64,000 nucleotides of DNA, taken from assembly GCA_046593925.1 (NCBI GenBank), contig JBKJQN010000055.1:21183-85182 (forward strand). The letters run 5' to 3'. The first letter of the stretch is position 1, and each line of letters begins with the position of its first letter. This stretch comes from Mycobacteriales bacterium (GTDB lineage: Bacteria > Actinomycetota > Actinomycetes > Mycobacteriales > SCTD01). This document shows positions 1 through 9,985 of the stretch, one piece after another. The notes under the pieces are model-generated. The model searched no databases. It worked only from the letters and a program-made list of their open reading frames with translations, and was not told the origin of the DNA. Made by a program: the position numbers and the translations under genes.

Positions 1-1707
1 ACCCCACAGCGACGAGCCGTGCCCCTGCTGGAACACGAGCACGACGATGCCGAAGGCGGCGCCGAGCGAGAACAAGTTGAGCACGACGGCCTTGACCGCC
101 AGCACGACGGAGCGGAACGCGCGGGTCAGCAGGACCAGGGTCAGCAGCAGGACCATCGCGAGCACCCAGGGGGCGCTGCTGTACAGGGCGTGCAGGAAGT
201 CCTGGTCAACTGCGGCGACTCCGGTCACCGTGCCGTCGGTCCCGACGAGGGCCGCGTCCGCGCGGTCGATGATGTCGCGGATGCCGGGGGCGCCGCCGTC
301 GATGGCCGGGAACGCCTCGACGAACGAGGTTGCTCCTTGGTGCCAGGTGGCCGGTGCGGCTGCGCCGATGAGCCCATCGACGGTGCGGAGCCTGGCCGCG
401 ACCAGGTCGGCGTTCCCGCCGTTCTCGACGAGGACGTCGAGCGGCTTCATCACCCCGGGGCTGATGTGGGCGTCGGCGAGCATCTGGCGGCCGGCGATGG
501 CGGTGCCGGTGCCCGGGAAGTGCGCGAGCTCGGCCTCGCCGGTCTTGAGCTGCGTGCCGATGCCGGCCAGCGTCACGACCAGCAGGAGGCCGACGCCGGC
601 GACCGCGGCGGGACGGCGGAGCACGAAGCGCGCCCACCGCCCCCAGCCGCCGTCCTCGCCGTGCCCGGCGTCGATCAGCCGCCGGGGCATCACCCGGACC
701 GCGTTGATGCGGTGTCCCAGGACGGCGAGCAGGGCCGGCAGCAGGGTGAGCGAGGCCAGCACGGACACGGCCGGGATGAGCATGCCGCCGATGCCCATGG
801 AGCGGATCAGCGGCAGTGGCAGCGCGACCATCGCGAGCAGGCCGATGGCGACCGTGGACCCGGAGACGACGACCGAGCGGCCGGCGTGCGTCATCGTCTG
901 TACCAGTGCGGTCTCGACGTCTTCGCCCTGGCGCAGCTCATCGCGGAACCGGAAGATCATCACCAGCGCGTAGTCGATCGCCAGCCCGAGGCCGACAAGG
1001 GCGATGAGGAACTGCACGATGATCGAGACGTTGGTGACGTACGTCAGCGCCCACACCAGTGTGAAGGTGTTGAGGATCGCGGCGATCGCAACGACGAGCG
1101 GCGCCAGCACCGCGGGCAGCGTGCCGAAGACGAACAGCAGGACCACCAGCGCGCCGATCCCGCCGACCACGGCCTCCAGCAGGACGCTGGAGCCACCGCC
1201 GCCGTCCTTGGTCGCCTCGTCGAGCGCGTCGCGCCCGGTCACCTCGACGGTCGTGCCGTCAGGCAGCCCGACGGCAGCGGCGGCGCGGAGGTCTTTCGCG
1301 CCGATAAGCACGTCGACGCCGGCCTTGCCGGCCGGGTAGATCATCTGGAACGCGGTGTGCCGGTCCTGCGAGACGTACACGAGGTTCTGCGTCGAGAAGT
1401 ACGAGCTGGTGAACGCGCCGGGCATGAAGTTTGCCGCCCGCTGCATGCCCTGCTCGATGGCGGTGCTGGTCGTGGCGTCGCCGGTGGTCCGGAAGACCAC
1501 GACGGCGGGGGTCCGGTCGCCGACGCCGAGCTTGTGCAGGCTGCGCTGGCTCGCCTCGTACGCCGGCTGGCCGGGGATGGCGGTCGCGGTGTACCACCGG
1601 TCCGCCGCCTGACCCGCGGCGAACACACCGAACAGGGTGAGGAACAGCCAGACACCCAGAACGAGCCAACGGCGTCGGACGATCAGGTGCGCGAGACGGG
1701 TCAACAT
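1..1707 (-). CDS. MMPL/RND-family membrane transporter (runs off the window edge)
   Basis: Reverse strand reads MLTRLAHLIVRRRWLVLGVWLFLTLFGVFAAG... after an AGGAG RBS. Contains GLAIDYALVMIFRFRDEL and GRSVVVSGSTVAIGL, typical MMPL motifs. Missing from the ORF track because there is no stop in the window. Confidence 0.9.
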   Translation of the reverse strand, partial: MLTRLAHLIVRRRWLVLGVWLFLTLFGVFAAGQAADRWYTATAIPGQPAYEASQRSLHKLGVGDRTPAVVVFRTTGDATTSTAIEQGMQRAANFMPGAFTSSYFSTQNLVYVSQDRHTAFQMIYPAGKAGVDVLIGAKDLRAAAAVGLPDGTTVEVTGRDALDEATKDGGGGSSVLLEAVVGGIGALVVLLFVFGTLPAVLAPLVVAIAAILNTFTLVWALTYVTNVSIIVQFLIALVGLGLAIDYALVMIFRFRDELRQGEDVETALVQTMTHAGRSVVVSGSTVAIGLLAMVALPLPLIRSMGIGGMLIPAVSVLASLTLLPALLAVLGHRINAVRVMPRRLIDAGHGEDGGWGRWARFVLRRPAAVAGVGLLLVVTLAGIGTQLKTGEAELAHFPGTGTAIAGRQMLADAHISPGVMKPLDVLVENGGNADLVAARLRTVDGLIGAAAPATWHQGATSFVEAFPAIDGGAPGIRDIIDRADAALVGTDGTVTGVAAVDQDFLHALYSSAPWVLAMVLLLTLVLLTRAFRSVVLAVKAVVLNLFSLGAAFGIVVLVFQQGHGSSLWG

Positions 1708-1844
1708 GAGGTTCTCCTGATGGCAAGCACAGCCGGGTCGTGGTGCATGGCGAGCCGGGTATGTGCGGGAACGCTGCCCTGCGGGTGCGAGGCGCGGCGG
1801 TGCTGAGTCGGGCGGCGCGGGTCAGCTGCGCCATGCCTGAACGA

Positions 1845-2244
1845 CTACCGGGTAGCGGGGGTTGGCTCATGACCGGTGCGTCCGAGGCAGCTGTCCCGGA
1901 AGTCGGTGTCGTACTGGAGTCCGTCGCCCAGGGCGCGGTCCATGCCGATGTGCGCGAGCCAGACCAGCGCGGTCCCGCTGCCCGAGCGGCTCCGCCCACG
2001 GTCGCCAGCAGGCCGGGCACGGCTGGTGCCGGGTAGGAGTGGGCGACTTTGTGGCGCCGATCGGTGTCCGGTGCGACTTTGCGTAGCCGGCCACAACCAG
2101 GTCAGGGACGAACAGCAGCAGCGGCACCAGCCTCCAGGACTCGTCGAGTCCGCTGGCATAGCCGGCAGGGGCAGCGAGAAGCAGGACCAGACCTTCGCAG
2201 CGGAAGATGCGGAGCGGCAGGCCCGACACGGCTGGGGCCCGCAC
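1845..2244 (-). pseudogene. DUF4260-family membrane protein, frameshifted
   Basis: LRIFRCEGLVLL...LLFVPDLVVAGY in one frame and LVWLAHIGMDRALGDGLQY in another. Confidence 0.7.
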
Positions 2245-2295
2245 CTGTGCGTTCGGGGCGTCGTCGTCGGTGCGGGGCTCGTCATGAGTGCCACG

Positions 2296-3042
2296 TCAGG
2301 CGAGGGTGGCCGCTGGAGTCTGGAGAACCTGGGGGCCGTTCGGCTGCGTCGTGAGCGGCTCGGCTACCGCGTCGGGGTCGGTGCCGCCCTGGTCGAGGCG
2401 GAACGGCGGGTAGGCGTCCGTCATCAACGCCGCGTACGCGGTCACCCGCAACGCCCAGCGGTCCATCCCGACGATCAGGCGGTAGAGCGAGTCCGGATAG
2501 CGGCCCGTGAACAGCAGCGTGACGGCCGCGATGAGCACAAGCAGGCCGACCAGGCCGCCGGCGCTCCAGCCGGCGTCAGCAGCGCTAGGGTTATGGGTGC
2601 CCAGCCAGAGACCTCCGCCGACCATGACGCTGAGGACGAGATAGTGCGGCAGGGCAAGCAGCCACCACTTCACCAGGACCAGACCCCGGGACAGCCGCTC
2701 CGGGTACGTCACCTCGAGGTGGGCCGGGTAGTCCGGGACGTCGGCGAGGGTGAAGGGCGGGTACCTGTCGGTGCCCAAGGCCCCGTACGAGTAGAAGTGC
2801 ACCCGCCAGGTCCAGCGCATCACCCCGACGTTGAAATCGAACAACGACCGCGGATAGCGCCCGGTGAACAAGATCGCGAAAAACGCGATGACGCTCACGC
2901 CCACGAAGGCGAACCAGAAGAAGAACAACACGATGTAGTGCGGGAGGACAAGCACCCACTTCACCAGCCAGAGCCAGCGGGAGATCGACGGGTCCAGGGA
3001 CGCGTCGACGTGCACCGGGTAGGGGGTGTGGCTGGCGTTCAC
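2296..3042 (-). CDS. DUF4389 domain-containing membrane protein
   Basis: Two repeats of (L/I)SR(W/G)L.LVKW..L.LPHY...FTGRYP...YPPF. GTG start overlaps the upstream stop. Confidence 0.85.
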   Translation of the reverse strand: MNASHTPYPVHVDASLDPSISRWLWLVKWVLVLPHYIVLFFFWFAFVGVSVIAFFAILFTGRYPRSLFDFNVGVMRWTWRVHFYSYGALGTDRYPPFTLADVPDYPAHLEVTYPERLSRGLVLVKWWLLALPHYLVLSVMVGGGLWLGTHNPSAADAGWSAGGLVGLLVLIAAVTLLFTGRYPDSLYRLIVGMDRWALRVTAYAALMTDAYPPFRLDQGGTDPDAVAEPLTTQPNGPQVLQTPAATLA

Positions 3043-3383
3043 GGCGCGCTCCTGGTGTGAGGGGTGGGAGAGGGGTTGCTGACGGGAGCCGTCTGTCGGG
3101 TGTCGCTGGCGGCAGGGCTGCGGCGCTGTTCGGCGGCGGGAGCCAACCCGGCACCGGTGCCCGTCTGCGTGACCGACAGCAGCGGCAGTCCGAGGTCGCC
3201 AACGGCTTGCAGCAGCCCGTGCAGCGCGGCCTGGTCGACGACGTTCACGGCGATGACCGTCGTGCCGTCGCCCGCCCAGGTGAGGGTGCAGCCGTCGAAC
3301 CAGGCGGCCCAACGCGCCTCCAGTCGCCCCTGGACGCGGATCTCGTACGGTCCGGGACTGTGGCTCGCCCGCACCTCGTTCAC
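3039..3383 (-). CDS. Conserved small hypothetical protein (YEIRVQGRL...WFDG...DQAALHGLL type) found beside MalT-like regulators
   Basis: 114-aa ORF with a recognisable conserved motif set, translationally coupled to the DUF4389 gene. Confidence 0.8.
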   Translation of the reverse strand: MNEVRASHSPGPYEIRVQGRLEARWAAWFDGCTLTWAGDGTTVIAVNVVDQAALHGLLQAVGDLGLPLLSVTQTGTGAGLAPAAEQRRSPAASDTRQTAPVSNPSPTPHTRSAP

Positions 3384-3472
3384 CCCGCCTCCACGCTGTC
3401 CGCTATCGGAGCTGTCGCCGACGATGTGCTTCGCCGGTGCGCGAAAGCTAGGAGCGTGGTTGGTGAGGGGGC

Positions 3473-3506
3473 ATCACCAACCTTGGTGATCTGCCTTGGT
3501 GATCTG
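3473..3506. promoter_or_regulatory. Candidate operator: ATCACCAA-CC-TTGGTGAT palindrome plus tandem CCTTGGTGATCTG x2
   Basis: Perfect 8-2-8 inverted repeat at 3473-3490 and 13-bp direct repeat at 3481-3493 and 3494-3506, between the regulator stop and the downstream operon. Confidence 0.55.
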
Positions 3507-3544
3507 CATGGGAAACCGGCTGGGCGCCGGCGCGCGGGCTCAAC

Positions 3545-6247
3545 TCAGCGGTGGGTTGGCAGCAGCTCGAGTTCATGTCCACGGCGAACTGCGGCACGCC
3601 GGCTGTTCACGCCGAGCTTGGCGTAGATGTTCTTGGTGTGCGTACGCACGGTGTTCACCGACACCACGAGTTGGCGGGCGATGTCAGGTCCGTCCAGGTC
3701 GGACACGAGCAGCCGCAGGACGACCAGCTCACGGTCGCTCAAGGACTCCACCGGGTCCGTTCGGGCCGGTGGAGTCCCGGAGCCCTGGTTGACCGCGGCA
3801 AGCAGCCGGGCGGGGTAGTCCTCCGCGGTGCCCGACCTCTCGAGCGCCCTCAGCAGCGCGGCCATCGGGGCACCGTGCTCGGCGAAGATACGCACATAGC
3901 CTTCCGGTTCGGCGAGCGTGACGGCCTGCTGCAGGGTGGCGACGGCCCGCGTCAGGTCCCCGCGCTTCTGAGCGGTCAGCGTCAGCAGGACGAGGATCTC
4001 GAGAACGCTTCCGCACCTGCCCCCTCCCTGCGCTGCGCGCAGCAACCGCTCCAGGAACTGGTCTAGCTCGTGTGCCGACTGCGCGGCGCCGGACCCGAGG
4101 CGGGCCAGCAGGAGCCGGGCCAACGTCAGGTGCTCGAACTCGCGCAGGTAGGACAGCTCGTCATCGACGGCCAGCTCTCGGCTGCGCGCCCACGCGAGCG
4201 CTTCCTGCGTACGGCCATGTCGGATCCACACCCGCGCGGTGAGCGCGGCGACGGGCCGAACGTCCGGCGAGTAGTCGGTGTCGTATAGGCGCTCGGCGTC
4301 GGCGAGCAGCGCCAGGGCGCCGATCGGGTCGCTGTCGGCCTCCCGGACGAAGCTCGCGACGACCCGCCAGCGGTAGCGGTTCTGCGGCAGGGCGGCGTGC
4401 TCGCCCAGCGCCTCAGCCGCGCTCAGGTGCTGCACGGCTGCGGCCAGCTGGTTCCGCTCGACGAGCAGGCTGGCAATGCCCACGTGCATGTCCGCTGTCC
4501 CCCGCGGCACCCGGGGCGCCTCGTCGGCAGCCTGCAGCGCTCGCTCGTACGCGCCGCATGCCTGACTCAGCCGGCCCTGGGCCGTCTCGAGGTCGGCGAG
4601 CGCGATGGTGCACCCGAGCGTGTCCGGCAGATGCCCCGCCCGGTTCAGACTGGCCAGCGCCTGCGCGTACAGCTCGCACGCGGGGCCCAGCTCGCCGATC
4701 TCCCAGTGCGCGAGGCCGAGCAGCGCGGCTGCTCCACCGCGCTCGAGGTCGTCGTCCTCGGCGGCGAGGTCCAGCGCGAGACGCGCATGCCGCATCGTGC
4801 CGGCGACGTCGCCGTGGATCCGCGCCAGGCCGGCCCGGTACATGGCCACCGCGCCAGGCAGCGTGCGCAGCTGGCGATCCTGGGCCGCATCTGTCGTCGC
4901 GCTCGCTCCCGAACGTATCCCGGCCAGCCACTGCTCCACATGCTGCAGGTGCACCTCGACGCCCTCGACCTCGGCGTGTGCCATCAGCGCTCCGGCATAA
5001 CCCAGGCTCAGCGCCGGGCTGGCCCGCACCAGCTCGTCGGGGAGCGCCCCGAGCCACCGGCGCAACGACACCTCCTGCCGGTCGCGCCGCACGGCCGGCA
5101 GCGCACGCTCTACCAGCACGGCCGCTCGAGCGAAGTGTCCGCCCGCCATCGCGTGGTCGATCGCCTCAGCCGGGTCGCCCTGCTGGTCGTACCACTCACT
5201 GGCCCGCAGGTGGAGCTCGCCGACCCGGTCGGGGTGTTCGTCCATCAGGTGGGCCTGCAGCACGTCGGCGAACAGATGGTGGTAGCGGTACCAGCGGCGC
5301 TGATCGTCGAGCGCGACGACGAACAGGTTCTTGCGGTCGAGCTCCTCAAGCGTCGCCTTGCCGCCGTCCCGGCCGGTGACGGCGTCGCACAAGGGTCCTG
5401 TCAGGCGACTGAGCAGTGACGTCTCCAGCAGGAAGCTCCGCAGCTGGGCCGGCTGGCGCTGCAGCACCTCCTGGGCGAGGTAGTCGACGATGTACCGGTC
5501 GTCGCCGGAGAAGCCGGCGATGAAGTCCGCGACGTCGTCGCGTCCCTGCATGGACAGCGCAGCCATCTGCAGCGCGGCGATCCAACCCTCCGTGCGTCCG
5601 TCAAGCGCCTCCACGTCGCGCTGCGTCAGGCTCAGCCCCATGGTGTCGCACAGGTATGAGGACGCCTCCTCGGGCGTGAAGCGCAGGTCGGCCGCCCGCA
5701 CCTCGACGAGCTCACCCCGAGCACGCAACCGCGCCAGCGGCAGCGCCGGGTCCACCCGGGTCGCGAGAACGACGTGGACGTTCCCGGGGAGGTGGTCCAG
5801 GAAGAACACCATCTGCTCGTGTACGTCGAGCGCGTCGATGACGTGGTAGTCGTCGAGCACCAGGACGAGGTCGTGGAGGTCCTGAAGGTCGTTGAGCAGA
5901 CGCCCGAGACCGGCGTGCACGGAGGACTGCAGCAGTGCGAGCGCCGCGGTGCCGACGTTCGTTGACGCCGCGTGCAGCGCCGCCACGACATAGCACCAGA
6001 ACGACGCCGGGTCGTTGTCCCGCTGGTCCAGCGACAACCAGGCGAGGGCTCGTCCTTCAGCCGACCCGCTGGACAACCACTCCGCGAGCAACGTGGTCTT
6101 ACCGAAGCCGGCTGGGGCGGACACCAGCGCCAGCGTGCAGTCCCACGAACGGTTCAGGCGCGCGCTCAACCTGGGCCGCGGCACCGTGGGTCGCCGCAGC
6201 CGCGGCGGACGCAGCTTGGTCTGGAGCAGATCGCTCGGCACCGCCAC
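3545..6247 (-). CDS. MalT-like LuxR-family ATP-dependent transcriptional regulator (STAND ATPase, TPR, LuxR HTH)
   Basis: LLQTKLRPP N-terminus, Walker A APAGFGKTT, Walker B LVLDDYH, RTEGW, YRYHHLF, C-terminal LSDRE...VSVNTVRTHTKNIYAKLGV. Start chosen at GTG 6247; the longer ORF-track extension is relic sequence. Confidence 0.92.
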   Translation of the reverse strand: MAVPSDLLQTKLRPPRLRRPTVPRPRLSARLNRSWDCTLALVSAPAGFGKTTLLAEWLSSGSAEGRALAWLSLDQRDNDPASFWCYVVAALHAASTNVGTAALALLQSSVHAGLGRLLNDLQDLHDLVLVLDDYHVIDALDVHEQMVFFLDHLPGNVHVVLATRVDPALPLARLRARGELVEVRAADLRFTPEEASSYLCDTMGLSLTQRDVEALDGRTEGWIAALQMAALSMQGRDDVADFIAGFSGDDRYIVDYLAQEVLQRQPAQLRSFLLETSLLSRLTGPLCDAVTGRDGGKATLEELDRKNLFVVALDDQRRWYRYHHLFADVLQAHLMDEHPDRVGELHLRASEWYDQQGDPAEAIDHAMAGGHFARAAVLVERALPAVRRDRQEVSLRRWLGALPDELVRASPALSLGYAGALMAHAEVEGVEVHLQHVEQWLAGIRSGASATTDAAQDRQLRTLPGAVAMYRAGLARIHGDVAGTMRHARLALDLAAEDDDLERGGAAALLGLAHWEIGELGPACELYAQALASLNRAGHLPDTLGCTIALADLETAQGRLSQACGAYERALQAADEAPRVPRGTADMHVGIASLLVERNQLAAAVQHLSAAEALGEHAALPQNRYRWRVVASFVREADSDPIGALALLADAERLYDTDYSPDVRPVAALTARVWIRHGRTQEALAWARSRELAVDDELSYLREFEHLTLARLLLARLGSGAAQSAHELDQFLERLLRAAQGGGRCGSVLEILVLLTLTAQKRGDLTRAVATLQQAVTLAEPEGYVRIFAEHGAPMAALLRALERSGTAEDYPARLLAAVNQGSGTPPARTDPVESLSDRELVVLRLLVSDLDGPDIARQLVVSVNTVRTHTKNIYAKLGVNSRRAAVRRGHELELLPTHR

Positions 6248-6549
6248 CCCCGCCCAACTAGCTGAGTCGGTCGACGGGATCGGCAGCCGACGCCCTACGA
6301 CGTCCGTGCGCTGAGCCGTTGTGGGCGGCGCGACGATGGCTGCTTCGTCGAGGTTGGACCCGACCATCGAAGGACAGCCCCTGATCCTCGTCCTCGTTCG
6401 AGCTGGCGTCCATACTGATTCGAGCCCGGTCTGCCTGAGCGACTGCGGGTGCGGCGACATAGCCGGACATCGCCCCGCCGGCCTCGTCTCCCAGGACTTC
6501 CCGGCACGGGCGGGTGCAGGCCGGGGGACCCAGCGCAGCGGCACGGCTT

Positions 6550-7085
6550 GACTGGCCCGGGCAGGCATGACGCCGTCGTTGACGATGGGGACCGCGACGC
6601 TGGCGAGGACGAAGGTCCTCACCGCGACGGGCAGGCCGCTGAGAGCACTGCTCAGCGCCAAGTTCAGGGCTGTCAGCGTCGGGAACACGGCGACCCAGAC
6701 CATCAGGGCGAGCTGGTGCTTGGACGGGGGCCCGAGGTCGGCATTCAGGGCGATCGCGGTTGCTGACCCCTGGCCGGCCGCCGTAACGACCTGGGCCCGA
6801 GGGTCGGTCGCGTTCCGGCGACCCGCACGCCCCGTTCCGCAGTGTGACCGGCGGCGTCGGCGACGACCCAGCCGTCGGCCTCGGTCGTGCAGCCCAGGTC
6901 GGTGTGCGGGACGAAGCGAGGGCGGACGAACGCCGCACGCGCGGAACGACCCTGCCGTCCTCGAGCTCGACGCCGACCAGCCGGTCCTGCTCGACCACGA
7001 GGCGGGCGACGCGGCCGGCGACGACGCCGATGGCCCGGGCGACGAGCTGCTCCCGGGCGTCGCCGGTGAGCTGGTGGAGGCGGTC
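6550..7085 (-). pseudogene. Chimeric relic: C-terminus of a thioredoxin-reductase-like FAD oxidoreductase fused in frame to a membrane-protein fragment
   Basis: VEQDRLVGVELEDG...GWVVADAAGHT...GQGSATAIALNADL continues directly into GPPSKHQLALMVWVAVFPTLTALN. Confidence 0.6.
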
Positions 7086-7096
7086 GCGCCCTGCTG

Positions 7097-7519
7097 CTAC
7101 GCCACCGGCCTGCGCTGAGCCAGCCGGACACTGTTGCCCGAGGGGTCGCGGAAGCCGCAGTCGATCCCGTACGGCTGCTCGGTCGGCGTCTCGGTGAACT
7201 CCACGCCCCGCGCAGAGAGCTCCTCGTAGGCCTTCACGGCGTCGTCCGTGGCCAGGAACAGGGTGCCCGCGAAGCCCTTTGCTGTGAGTTCCGCGATCTG
7301 GGTCCCGGTGGTGGCGTCGACCATCGGCGGACCGGGGATCGCCATGAGCACCAGGGTGAGGTCGTCCTGGCCAGGAGGCGCCACGGTGAGCCAGCGGAAG
7401 CCGCCCATCTCGGCGACGGTGACGTCCTCACGTACCTCGAAGCCGACCTTGTTCGTCCAGAAGTCCAGGGCGGCGTCCTGGTCATGCACCCAGAGCTGGG
7501 TGGTGCTGATGCGGATCAT
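7097..7519 (-). CDS. VOC (glyoxalase/bleomycin resistance) family protein
   Basis: WVHDQDAALDFWTNKVGFE...RWLTV...YGIDCGFRDPSGN; GGAGG RBS. Confidence 0.92.
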   Translation of the reverse strand: MIRISTTQLWVHDQDAALDFWTNKVGFEVREDVTVAEMGGFRWLTVAPPGQDDLTLVLMAIPGPPMVDATTGTQIAELTAKGFAGTLFLATDDAVKAYEELSARGVEFTETPTEQPYGIDCGFRDPSGNSVRLAQRRPVA

Positions 7520-7573
7520 GGTGTCCTCCGTGGTGGTTCCGGGGTTCAGCTGAGAGGACCGTACGGAGGCGGC

Positions 7574-8002
7574 TCACCGGCTGTCTTCTCCGATCGTGCT
7601 GTTGCCGGGCCGGCCGTACGCCTTGAGCACGCAGAGCGGGATGCGGGTCAGGCTCGCCGCGGACGGAAACGAGGCGCGGTACTGCGTGGGAGTCACGCCG
7701 TAGGCCCTCGTGAAGCTCGACGTGAACGATCCCACGCTTGTGAGGCCGACCTGCATGCAGATGTCCGCGACCGAGTAGTCGGTTCCGCGCAGCAGGGTCG
7801 CGGTGCGCTCGAGCCGCCGGGCGAGCAGGTAGGAGTACGGCGACTCACCAAAGGCCCGCTTGAATGCCCGGCTGAAGTGCGCGCGCGACAGGCAAGCCGC
7901 TGCCGCGAGGTCGTCGACCGTGAGCGGCTCGGTGTACCGGGCGTCGGCCAGGTCGCGGGCGCGCACCAGGTGGCGGACCGCAGGCACCCCGCCGACGCGC
8001 AC
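7574..8002 (-). CDS. AraC-family HTH transcriptional regulator
   Basis: RARDLADARYTEPL...LSRAHFSRAFKRAFGESP...VGLTSVGSFTSSF; the usual partner of this VOC gene. Confidence 0.9.
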   Translation of the reverse strand: MRVGGVPAVRHLVRARDLADARYTEPLTVDDLAAAACLSRAHFSRAFKRAFGESPYSYLLARRLERTATLLRGTDYSVADICMQVGLTSVGSFTSSFTRAYGVTPTQYRASFPSAASLTRIPLCVLKAYGRPGNSTIGEDSR

Positions 8003-8109
8003 CAGGTAAGGGTAGAGCCGCCGGCCTGCGCCGGCGGGCTCTTGCCGCGGGCTCCCCCGCTCTGCACGCTGCCGCGTCGTGACGACGACCTGCGGTGCGT
8101 CCCTGCTCT

Positions 8110-8345
8110 AGCGGCGCTGGGTCGACGGCTGGAACGCCCGTGACGTCGAGGGTGCTCCCGCCGGCTGCGCGGACGACCTCGTCGCCAGCTCCCTGACGGC
8201 GGCGCGGGTGGTCCGCGACAGTGGCGGGACGATCCGCGGGAAGGCGGCGCTGCGGGCGTACTGGACGGCGCGGCGCTGCGGGGGCAATCCCGACCTGCGC
8301 TTCGACCTCGTGGCGGTCTACGAGGGGGTCGGCGCCCTCGCAGGA
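8110..8345 (+). pseudogene. SnoaL/NTF2-like protein fragment
   Basis: WVDGWNARDVE... and GTIRGKAALRAYW...NPDLRFDLVAVYEGV in shifted frames. Confidence 0.6.
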
Positions 8346-8489
8346 GCGTGGTGTCCGCAGCGTGACCCCGGCCTTGCCGAGCTGCGGCGAATCCATGGGA
8401 CTCGGCCGATTCGGCGGATCCAGGTCTGCCGCAAGACGTCGTCTCGGTCCCGCAGCGGCTACGGGAGGACGACGAACCGACGATCGCGG

Positions 8490-8790
8490 TCGGCGACATA
8501 CGGCGGCGTCGTTGCCCCGGAGGCGGTCGCGGGCGACAGCAGCGTGCGGCACCTGCTGCTCATCGCCAGCTACCTGCCAAGGTCGGGCAGAGCCCGTCGT
8601 CGTCCAGCGACGACGACCAAGCAGTCGGTCCAGGCTGCGGCCTGCCACCAGGTCCCTTCGACCTTCCTGGTCTGTGCGCAGAACAGGGAACCCCGGCAGC
8701 GCGGGTTCGCCCGGAGGGCCGGGGTCGTGGTCGAGCTCGAAGCCGGCCACCACCCGCTCCTGCCCAGCGCACCGCCGTACGGGACGTGGC
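8490..8790 (+). pseudogene. Alpha/beta-fold hydrolase fragment
   Basis: YGGVV...VRHLLLIASYLP...VPSTFLVCAQ...VVELEAGHHPL; no N-terminus. Confidence 0.6.
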
Positions 8791-8889
8791 GATGACCCTG
8801 AGGCCGCGGCAGCCGGGCTACGCGCGACGAGCGACGTTTCACAGCGTGGGGCGGTCCCTACGCATGCGGACCCGGATCGTCGGCTTCGA

Positions 8890-9234
8890 TCAGCGGGCTG
8901 GTACTTCCTCGACGTCGAACACGTTGCTCAGGCCGCCGAGCCCGATGATGCGTGTCAGCCGTGGGGACACGCCGCGCATGGTCAGCCGGCCGTCCCGCTG
9001 GCGGAGCTGCCGGTGCGTCGACAGCAGCAGTCGCAGCAGGGCTGACGAGAGGACCTCGCACTGCGCGAGGTCGATCACCAGCTCCTCGGGACGCAGCGAG
9101 AGCGCGTCCTGGATCTGGGACTGCAACCAGGCCTCGACCCAGTCGCCGTCCTCACCCACCACCAGCACCACGAGCGGCAGATCGTGCTCGACCCGGCCGG
9201 AGTCAACCCGGCTGTCTACCTGCGTGAGCGTCAT
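8890..9234 (-). CDS. STAS-domain anti-sigma-factor antagonist
   Basis: AAGGAGG RBS; LVIDLAQCEVLSSALLRLL...LTRIIGLGGLSNVFDV. Confidence 0.8.
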   Translation of the reverse strand: MTLTQVDSRVDSGRVEHDLPLVVLVVGEDGDWVEAWLQSQIQDALSLRPEELVIDLAQCEVLSSALLRLLLSTHRQLRQRDGRLTMRGVSPRLTRIIGLGGLSNVFDVEEVPAR

Positions 9235-9293
9235 GCGCACCTCCTTGTCTCCGTCAAGGTGGACGCGGCGTGTGACGGTCACTGCATCAACGC

Positions 9294-9310
9294 GTGACAG
9301 ATCCGTGTCA
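9294..9310. promoter_or_regulatory. Box 1 GTGACAGATCCGTGTCA (candidate response-regulator site)
   Basis: Near-identical copies at 10735 and 11066; lies upstream of the STAS gene. Confidence 0.5.
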
Positions 9311-9536
9311 GCCGCTCCACGGGTCGGCGGGGGTTCCGGCTGGGTCTCCTCGGCCCACGAGACCGTCACCGACCTGTCGCAGGACTGAGGAAAGACCGTC
9401 ACGTCCACCCCACAAGGTCGTCGACGAACAGCGCTGCCGCTGGCCAGAGGCCGTCGTCCGCTCGCCACCGGCGCGGGCGGGCGCCTCGACCTTGGAGTCC
9501 CGCCACGCGCCGGCACCGACCCTCCCCAGATCCCGT

Positions 9537-9957
9537 ATGGCGGTGGTCGCCCTCGCTCCGCTGCTGGTCCTCGCGGCGGCCACCCCCTCCTCGGCAGGGC
9601 CGGGCCGGTCGCTCGCTCGCTCGCTCGCTGGTAGGTGGACGAGGGGGCCGGGGCCCATGTCATGCGGGACGCCGGCGGCCACCACCTCGACGGCCCGATC
9701 GGGGGCGAGGTGCGGACCCGTGCGGTGGTGGCCAGGCGGGGTATCCGTTCGGGTATCTCCACAGGGGCGCCGCGCCCACACACCCCGGGCACCTGGTGAC
9801 CGTCCCGAACCGGCCGACCCGCCGTGACCAGGCCACAGGCCGGATCGTCGACGATGCGGTCGTCTCGATCGGCGGGAAGGGCGCGTGCGACCAGGGCACG
9901 GTGCAGTGCGACTACTTCCCGGGCGCCATCGACCGGTTCCAGGTGGACGCCGGCTGA
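9537..9957 (+). pseudogene. Degenerate secreted LamG/concanavalin-like protein
   Basis: Signal-peptide-like MAVVALAPLLVLAAATPSSA, then DEGAGAHVMRDAGGHHLDG and VSIGGKG...DYFPGAIDRF in different frames. Confidence 0.45.
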
Positions 9958-9985
9958 TCCCGGGTCAGCGGGCACGTCCCGGCGA

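Noticed and set aside
19-1806. 595-aa plus-strand ORF and the many other long Arg/Pro/Ala-rich ORFs in the track
   Set aside because: Antisense or off-frame shadows of real high-GC genes (here the MMPL gene); no recognisable motifs.
6248-6703. Membrane N-terminal extension making a 1052-aa MalT-like protein
   Set aside because: The extension is relic sequence in an open frame; the family N-terminus (LLQTKL) begins near 6247.
9609-9628. (TCGC)x5 microsatellite after a signal peptide as a phase-variation switch
   Set aside because: The downstream LamG-like sequence has further frameshifts and an adjacent stop, so changing the repeat number would not restore the ORF.
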